Positions 55,335 to 64,000 of a DNA stretch of 64,000 nucleotides are shown piece by piece; position 1 is the first letter of the stretch, and each line of letters starts with the position of its first letter. Source of the stretch: Octopus sinensis (lineage: Eukaryota); NCBI RefSeq assembly GCF_006345805.1, contig NC_043025.1, positions 2,666,001-2,730,000 of the forward strand, written 5' to 3'. The notes under the pieces are model-generated. The model saw only the letters and a list, made by a program, of their open reading frames with translations. It had not been told where the DNA came from and did no database searches. A program made the translations under genes and the position numbers.

Positions 55335-55937
55335 GTAGTTTCATTTTTATAGCGTGCTTTCACCTCACTACCGAGCGCAGCTCTGTGTGCCTTGGGTATG
55401 TGCCTTGATTTGTTGTGATGCTCTGATGGTTATTGTATGGAAAGTGTTCTGCGTAGGATGTGTGCAGTGCCTAGTAGTGCAATTTTCTGTATGTTTTATG
55501 TGTTTGTAAGTCCTGGTGTTTTTGTTATGTATTTGTCTGAATATTTTTTTATCATGCCTAATGCACCTACTATAATAGGAATTGTTTCTGTTTTCAGGTT
55601 CCCCATTCTAGTTACCTCTATTTCCAGGTCTTTGTATTTTGAGAGTTTCTCCATTTCTTTTAGAGACACGTTGTCATCTGCCGGTATTGATACATCAATT
55701 AGAAAGCATTTTTTTTCTTCATGATCTCTGACAACTATATCTGGTCTGTTGGCCTTAATTTCTCTATCTGTGTGTATCGGCATATCCCAGAGTATGGTTG
55801 CTTTCTCGTTTTCTGTGACCTTTTCTGGTGTGTGCCTATACCATCTTTTTTCTGTTGTTATTCCATAGTGTTGGCATAGCTTCCAATGTATGTAGGTTCC
55901 AACTCTGTCATGTCTGTGAATATATTCCTTCTTAGCC

Positions 55938-55938
<1 letters not shown>
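55333..55938 (-). mobile_element. 5'-truncated R4/Dong-like copy (RLE domain plus 3' UTR), family of 2317-3315
   Basis: RHDRV...RPDIVVRD...LIDVSIP...KLSKYKDL...PIIVGALG. (TAA)n on both sides. Confidence 0.9.
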
Positions 55939-56011
<73 letters not shown>

Positions 56012-56610
56012 GAGTAGTTTTATTTTTATAGCGTGCTTGCACTTCACTACCGAGCGCAGTTCTGTGTGCCTTAGGCATGTGCTGGGATTTGTTGTGATGC
56101 TCTGATGGTTATTGTATGGAAAGTATTCTGCGTAGGATGTGTGCAGTACTTAGTAGTGCAATTTTCTGTATGTTATATGTGTTTGTAAGTCCTGGTGTTT
56201 TTGTTATGTATTTGTCTGAATATATTTTTTATCATGCCTAATGCGCCTACTATGATATGAATTGTTTCTGTTTTTAGATTCCACATTCTGGTTACCTCTA
56301 TTTCCAGGTCTTTGTATTTTAAAAGTTTCTCCATTTCTTTTAGAGACACGTTGTCATCTGCCGGTATTGATACATCAATTAGAAAGCATTTTTTTCTTCA
56401 TGATCTCTGACAACTATATCTGGTCTGTTGGCCTTAATTTCTCTATCTGTGTGTATCGGCATATCCCAGAGTATGGTTGCTTTCTCGTTTTCTGTGACCT
56501 TTTCTGGTGTGTGCCTATACCATCTTTTTTCTGTTGTTATTCCATAATGTTGGCATAGCTTCCAATGTATGTAGGTTCCAACTCTGTCATGTCTGTGAAT
56601 ATATTCCTTC
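56012..56610 (-). mobile_element. Second tandem 5'-truncated R4/Dong-like copy, same family
   Basis: Closely similar to 55333-55938. (TAA)n tail; (GAA)n then (TAA)n at the 5' junction. Confidence 0.9.
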
Positions 56611-56650
56611 TTCTTCTTCTCTTCTTCTTCTTCTTCTTCTTCTTCTTCTT

Positions 56651-56681
<31 letters not shown>

Positions 56682-56693
56682 TTATTATTATTA

Positions 56694-56726
<33 letters not shown>

Positions 56727-56727
<1 letters not shown>

Positions 56728-56910
56728 TATGTTTGACTTTTGCTTTATGTCTGTACAAGTTGGCTCCAAGTCTCACCCAGGGACCACAAGAGACAACAGG
56801 TTGGAAGTTCTCTGCCATATATTTGGGGTTTTTTTGTGTTGTACTAGTCAATGTCTAATACATAAAAATAAAATTTAAAAAAATAAATAAATAAAATAAA
56901 ATAAAATACA

Positions 56911-56945
<35 letters not shown>

Positions 56946-59052
56946 AAAGTTTGTTTTAAACCTTGGGATTACATAGAGAGTATTTTGCGTAGGATATGAG
57001 CAGTTCCCATGAGCACTATCTTTTGAATTTCTGCCATTTTGGGGTTTCCTGGTATCTGAGTTAGGTAGCAATCAGTCCCTTTCGCTATCATTCCCAGGGC
57101 ACCTATGACAACAGGTATTGTTTTAGTCTTCAGCTTCCACATTTTGCTGATTTCTATTTCAAGATCTTTATATTTGCTCAGTTTTTGGTAGGTCTTGACA
57201 GATACGTTTATATCGATTGGGACAGTCATATCAATGAGGAGGCATGTTCTTTGTCTGAAGTCTTTCAATATGATGTCTGGTCTATTTGCATCTGTCTTCC
57301 TGTCAGTTTGGATGGTGAAGTTCCAGAGGAGTGAGATGTGGTCATTTTCAAGCACTGGAGGTGGATTGTGTTCCCACCAGTTTTTATTATGGGGCAAATC
57401 CAAGTTTTTGCAAATTACCCAGTGAATATATTGTGCAGCTCTATCATGCCTGTTGAGGTACTCTGTAGTCGCAAGAAGACTGCATTTGGAGACAACATGA
57501 TCAATGGTTTCATTTTGTTGTCGGCATACACGACACGTTGGGCTACTGCCGTTCTTTAATATGTTGGCCTGGTAGTTTCTTGTTGGTAGGCATTGATCTT
57601 GAGCTGCTATGATAAACCCTTCTGTTTCAGATTTTAAGCCAGAGGCCATTAGCCATTGATGGGTCAGGGCTTTGTCAATATCTGCATTATTCGCTCTCTT
57701 TGGGTATTTGCCATAGAGAGGTTTTTCTTGCCATTTATTATTCAGAATATCTAAGGCCGCAGTTTTGGCACGGGTTTTCATGCGCTTAGCTTTTTCTGTG
57801 CTTGTTTCTTGTATGTTTATCTCTAATTCCGAAATTGGTTGTATTCGGAATTCACTTAGATATTCCTTTGCCTATTTTGTGACTGAGTTTGATGCTTTCT
57901 TGTTTTCATGTTTTGAGACAAGTTTTAACATCCAGTCCTCAGAGTTTTTCAGGTAGGTGTCTAGGCCAATTGTAGCAATCTTCATTGTTATTGCAAGGTG
58001 TAAAAGACCACGGCCTCCCTCTTTTCTTGGCAGATAGAGTCGTTCTGTATCTGCCTTAGGGTGGTGCATTCTATGCAGTGTCAACAGTTTCCTTATTTTT
58101 CTGTCGAGCTGACATATTTCAGTAATTGACCAGTTAACAATATTGAAACTGTAAGTCACGACTGGTATGGCTAAAGCATTGATCGCTTCGATCCTGTTTC
58201 TTGCATTCAGCTCTGTCTTGAGTATTGCTCTCACTCTTCGATAGCATTCTCTCCTGGTCCTTTCCTTCATCTCTGAATGCCTTATTCCGTTCCCTTCAAT
58301 TACCCCTAGGTACTTGTAGCTCTCCGCTGGGTCTAGTTCTTTATGACATTCTGCTGGTCAAGGTTAACGTTAGATGTTTCTGTCAGTTTTCCTTTGATAA
58401 AGGTAGCTTTTGCACATTTATCGAGGCCGAATTGCATTCTGATGTCGTCACTGAATTGTTTGACTATCGCTACTAAGCCCTTGAGTTGTTGGTCATTTTT
58501 TGCAACAAGCTTTAAATCATCCATGTAAATGAGATGATTTATATTTTTATCAAACATTTTATACCCATATTGCGCATCATTGAGCAGCTTTGAGAGAGGT
58601 ATTAAGGATAAACAAAAGAGGAGTGGTGACAGTGAGTCACCCTGGAAAATGCCACACGAAATTTTTACATCACCAGCATTTAGGGATTCATTGTCACTGT
58701 TCAGAGTTAGTGTGGTTCTCCATGATCTCATACTTACAGTCAAGAAGTTTCGCAGAGTAGGTGCTATTTTATACATTTCCAGGCATTTCCTAATCCAGCT
58801 ATGTGGTAGGCTATCAAAAGCCTTTTTATAGTCTATCCAGGCTATTGATAAGTTTTTGTGTCGTTTGTGACAATCTTCTAAGATCATCTTATTGATGAGT
58901 AGTTGGTCTTTACAGCCGTAGGATCCACGTTTACATCCTTTCTGTTCATTAGGGAATATGCTGTTGTCTGTTAAAAAACTATAGGTATATACCGTCAGGA
59001 CAGATGTTAGCGTTACTATAGGTATATTCCGTCAGGACAAATGTTAGCGTTT
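56727..59052 (-). mobile_element. 5'-truncated R4/Dong-like element (RT, CCHC, RLE, 3' UTR), family of 1-2216
   Basis: ORFs 58333..58887 (AWIDYKKAFDS, GIFQGDSLSP, YMDDLK), 57872..58270 and 56969..57781 (CRVCRQQNETIDHVVSKC, RHD, RPDIILKD). Few disablements. (TAA)n on both sides. Confidence 0.93.
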
Positions 59053-59055
59053 TAA

Positions 59056-59110
<55 letters not shown>

Positions 59111-59785
59111 GAGTGAGAGAACAGTGCATGTCATCAAAGTGACACTGGTGTAAAATATACGAAGCCCAGTATACCCATCATGATTACCCGTCTGATAAGG
59201 GTGCTGCAGGCCCATATCCATATGTGCGCGACATGGCGATCTTATATCAATATAAACAGTGCATAACTCTACAGATGGGTTCGAGTTAGAATTTTCTTCA
59301 ATTTCAGTAACCCATCCCGCTCAAAATTACCCTGAATTAAGTTTGTTTAAAGATGAACAAAATACCCAAGTTTCCGGAGAGGTAATATTGAAAACCCAAA
59401 GAATTCCTCGCAACACATGGCTATTGTGTTCCCCAACTACTTCTGCTCGTGATCAGAGATGCACATATCGTCAGCCACTAAGGGACATGGCTAACTGGTT
59501 AAAATCAAGCAAATGACAAGCAAATCTGTGGTATTGAGCAGAATATTTGCCGTAGGCCATCTTTTATACCAAAACAAAACAATATATATGATAATACTTC
59601 CAATCACTTGAGATCAGCAGCCATGAAAGTCACTGCCTGGTATTGCTTATTATTATTATTATTATTAATATTATTATTATTATTAATATTATTATTAATA
59701 TTATTATTATTATTAATATTATTATTATTATTATTATTAATATTATTTATTATTATTATTATATTATTATTATTATTATTATTAC

Positions 59786-59869
<84 letters not shown>

Positions 59870-60569
59870 CCTTATTATTATTATTATATTATTATTATAT
59901 TATTATTATTAATATATTATTATTATTATTAATATTATTATTATTATTAATATTAATATTATTATTATTATTACTATTATTATTATTATTATTATTATTA
60001 TCCTTATTATTATTATATTATTATTATTATTAATATTATTATTATCATTATTATTATTATTATTATTATTAGTAGTAGTAGTAGTAGTAGTAGTAGTAGA
60101 AGTAGTAGTAGTATTGTCTTTGGTGTTATTATTATCATTATTAGTATTGTTGTTGTTGTTGTTGTTATTATCATTAGTTTATTTAAATTCTTGCGTCACA
60201 CATACTATGATCTCCTCATCGACTCTCTGCTCCACCTGTTTCTTCTTATCCTGCTTAATCCATTATTAAAAATTGTATTTAATATCTACTTTTCTACTGT
60301 TTGTCAAGTGGATTGTTTCTCAAATAATTTTTACTCGGAACAATTGTACATTTTTCCCTGGTTAAAACGGAATTTCCCACTTGGTGCAGCTACATATTTT
60401 AGTAATTGTTTGCAAGTGCTATGATACTTGTGAAGCTTACTTTCAACGACGCAAATGTCTCGTTTTCACAAATGCAATTTATGGTTGCATGAAAAATTCG
60501 GACAAGCTGAAGTAGACGGGGTGGGCAGTGAGTAGAGGAGAGAAGACAGAGAAATAGACACACACACAT

Positions 60570-60667
<98 letters not shown>

Positions 60668-60684
60668 GTGTGTGTATATATATA

Positions 60685-60784
60685 TAAACATTATTTTATA
60701 TAATTAGGGTTCAGCAAAAAAATTTACCTATTCTACTGTAGTAGAATTTTTTTGCTGAACCCTAATTATATAAAATAATGTTTA
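60685..60784. repeat. Perfect ~39-bp inverted repeat at the start of a ~200-bp insert in (TA)n
   Basis: TAAACATTATTTTATATAATTAGGGTTCAGCAAAAAAATT and its reverse complement. Confidence 0.9.
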
Positions 60785-60886
60785 AGTTTACCGTAAATGG
60801 TCCTTTTACATTTTACATACTGAACACTGCTTGGTAAAATTGTTAATTACAAATCAATTAATTAAATTTACCCTTATTATTATTAG

Positions 60887-60918
<32 letters not shown>

Positions 60919-60921
60919 AAT

Positions 60922-61038
<117 letters not shown>

Positions 61039-61267
61039 CTTTCTGCTTATCAAAATGTTTATCTAATTATTAATCTGTCTCGTTACCGTTCTCTCTCCCT
61101 CCCTCTTTCTTCCCTTTCTCCCTCCATCCCTCCCTCCCTTACTCTCTCTCCTATCTATCTATCTATCTATCTATCTTCTATCTATCTATCTATCCATCTG
61201 TCTGTCTATCTCGCTTTCTCTCTCTTTCTCTTGCGCTCTCTCTTTTTCCATATACATACATTCCGAA

Positions 61268-61349
<82 letters not shown>

Positions 61350-61444
61350 ATATATATAATATATTATATATATATATATATGTATGTATGTATGTATGCA
61401 TGTATGTATATATATATATATATATATATGTATATTTATATACA

Positions 61445-61531
<87 letters not shown>

Positions 61532-61636
61532 GTATTTATGGATAAAACCATTATCTGAAATATCGATCTTATCCGATGGCTTGCATGGGAATAAAAATCT
61601 CAACGTTAATGATTGATTATTGAAATTATAATTAAG

Positions 61637-61760
61637 GGTATCTAAGAGATACCACCACGCCAGAAATAGCACCCAAAACTTGACACTGAAACCGCATTAA
61701 TGTGGTTTTAGAGTAAAGTTTTGGCTGCTATTTCCAGCGTCGTGTTATCTCTTAGAAACC
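61637..61760. repeat. Imperfect ~60-bp-arm foldback hairpin
   Basis: GGTATCTAAGAGATA...CCGCAT/TA/ATGTGG...TATCTCTTAGAAACC. A partial version lies at ~39070-39142. Confidence 0.8.
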
Positions 61761-61803
61761 ATTAAATAAAATTTATATATATATACATATATATATATAT
61801 ATT

Positions 61804-63290
61804 TTCTAGTTTCAGCTCAGAGCTGCGGCCATGCTGATGGATCGCCGTTTTGTGCTACACTGTTCTTACGAAGAACCTCGTCTAATATGTGGCACTTGGT
61901 GAAGAATGGAGTTCGATATAGCTACTCTCATTTGCACCTCTTGCCGTGAGGTAGGTTCATCTGGGACTCTTGACAGGAAGATGTCCAGCTTTGATTTAAA
62001 AACCGCTACATCTACTTTGTGCAAGTTCCTCAGACTCTTTGTGAGAATATTAAAAAGTTGTGAGCCCTTGAATCCCAGGCTTTTGCAGAAGCTGGTCCTG
62101 AAGCGTGATGGCACTATGCAGTGTCGTCCCGCTCTAGTATTGGTGTAGCTTACAATGCCAAAATTTGGCACAATTCCTTCCAGGATCTTCCAAACATATA
62201 TTGCTGCATACCTCTCCCGTTTTCTCTCCAGGGAGTAGAGTCTTAGCTGTTTCAACCTTTCCCAGTAGCTGAGCTGTTGCAAAGAGACGATCCTCTTTGT
62301 GAATCTTCTCTGGATTGCTTCAAGGTCCGCTGTTAATTTCACACTGGTGGGTGACCATAGCTGTGAGCAGTAATCCATGCGGCTGAGGACGAATGTCCGC
62401 CAGAGGACCAACATCGTTTCCTTATCTCTGGTTCTGAATGTTCTTAGGATCCATCCATCCAGTCGTCTGCACTTTGTCGCAATCCTGGTAATGTGCACTT
62501 GGAAAGAGGTATCATCACTCATGTCGATACCCAGATCCCTCACAGACTTAGGCTCTGGGATTGAAATTCCCTGTGGACCGGTGTATCCTGTAAGTTTAAT
62601 ATTCAGTTTTGGATGCTGATAGCGCAGGGCCTGGAATTTTTCAGCATTAAGCTGCATATAATTATCTTCAGCCCATCTGTAGATTGAGTCCAATTCCTGC
62701 TGCAGGTGTGCAACATCGCTGGGGTTCTGTATTTTCTGCGAGAATTTCGTATCGTCTGCATAGCTTGCCAGAGTGGCTATCCGGGCATATCTGAGAGGGC
62801 CATTATAAAAAGCAGTGGTCCCAAGACAGTGCCCTGTGGAACACCGCTCACTATTTGTGTGTTCATAGAGGTGGCTCCATTAACCACTACTGCCTGACTC
62901 CTATCTTTCAGGAAGTCATGTAACCACACTCCAAGTTTTCCAGCTATGCCTAGGTCACGCAGTTTGTGGCATATCATACCATGATCCACCTTGTCAAAAG
63001 CTTTTGAAAAATCAAGGTAGATTACGTCCACATTTGATTTGTTGAGTAATTGTCTCAACACCCAGTCATAATGTTGTAAGAGCTGGGTCAGGCAGCTCCT
63101 ACCTGGTCGAAAACCATGCTGGGTATCACTCAGCAAGTTATTTTCCTCAAGGAATGCGATTAGTTTCTTTCTGACTATCCGTTCCAGGAATTTGCTGATG
63201 TGTGAAGTCAGAGAGATAGGCCTATAGCTTTTGTCATCTGCTCTACTTCCCCCTTTATGTATTGGGCATATTATTTCTTCCTTCAGCTTG
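61804..63290 (-). mobile_element. CR1-clade LINE, 5'-truncated (RT plus C-terminus)
   Basis: YRPISLTS, QHGFRPGRSCLTQLL, YLDFSKAFDKVDH, SGVPQGTVLGPLLF, YADDTK, DYCSQLWSP and LEAIQRRFTK motifs. Frameshift near 62770. Confidence 0.92.
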
Positions 63291-63550
63291 TTATATATAT
63301 ATAACGGAAGTTAATTAGTCCGATGGGGATTTCCAAAGTTAAAACGCTGACGAAAATGCGAACTTTGGTAATTAACGATTAACGGTTTCGTGCCTAGATT
63401 TATATTTGTTTTTGTTTTGGTTTTTGTGAATTCTCCCTATATAGATATTAGTTATTAATATTTGAGAGAATAAAATCCAAAAGATGGTGTAATTTAAATG
63501 TTCATTTTGAATTGGTAAAAGGTGTTTTTTTTAAAATCATACATATATAT

Positions 63551-63594
<44 letters not shown>

Positions 63595-63891
63595 TTAAAT
63601 TAGAGATAAAACCACTATTAGGCAAATCAAACTGTGAAAAACATAAACGTAAACATAGAAATAAAAACAATTAATATAATATACAAAATATATAAAATAT
63701 AAAATTTTAATTATTTAAATTGAAAGTTAAAAATTTAAGATTATTAATTTATATTTATAAATTTATATATATATATATATTTATTTAATTTTTTTTATTA
63801 AATATATATAACTATCAAAAAGTATTAAAAATTTAATATAAGATAAATATATATGTATGCATGTATGTATGTATGTATGCATGTATGTATG

Positions 63892-63925
<34 letters not shown>

Positions 63926-64000
63926 TGTATGTATGTATGTGCAAGCCATTCAAACACAACTCTAATCCGATTTTCACACATACACAAAAAAAAACATTTT

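Overview
AT-rich, microsatellite-dense animal DNA. The SINE, LINE and repeat repertoire suggests a cephalopod such as Octopus (inference). I see no intact host protein-coding gene, and nearly all ORFs in the track are repeat artefacts or antisense shadows. The window holds decayed R4/Dong-like RLE retrotransposons sitting in (TAA)n tracts, a decayed L1/Tx1-clade LINE, CR1 and RTE fragments, mariner remnants, many tRNA-derived SINEs, head-to-tail and nested non-autonomous Helitrons, and Penelope-like element (PLE) remnants. About 19.9-61.8 kb is a three-copy tandem segmental duplication (~21 kb period, with a 100-N gap), which lets filled and empty insertion sites be compared directly. The main find is a young, non-coding array of ~490-bp units at 36.07-37.80 kb. 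Each full unit carries an intact type I hammerhead ribozyme with an unusually long stem II, the array has a PLE-style inverted 5' arm, and it is inserted in a (TA)n tract. It is a candidate retrozyme/circular-RNA system. A second, sequence-unrelated hammerhead with the same long-stem-II design lies in the PLE terminal repeat (intact at 21753-21834, mutated in the two paralogues). All structures were read by eye, and boundaries are approximate unless stated.
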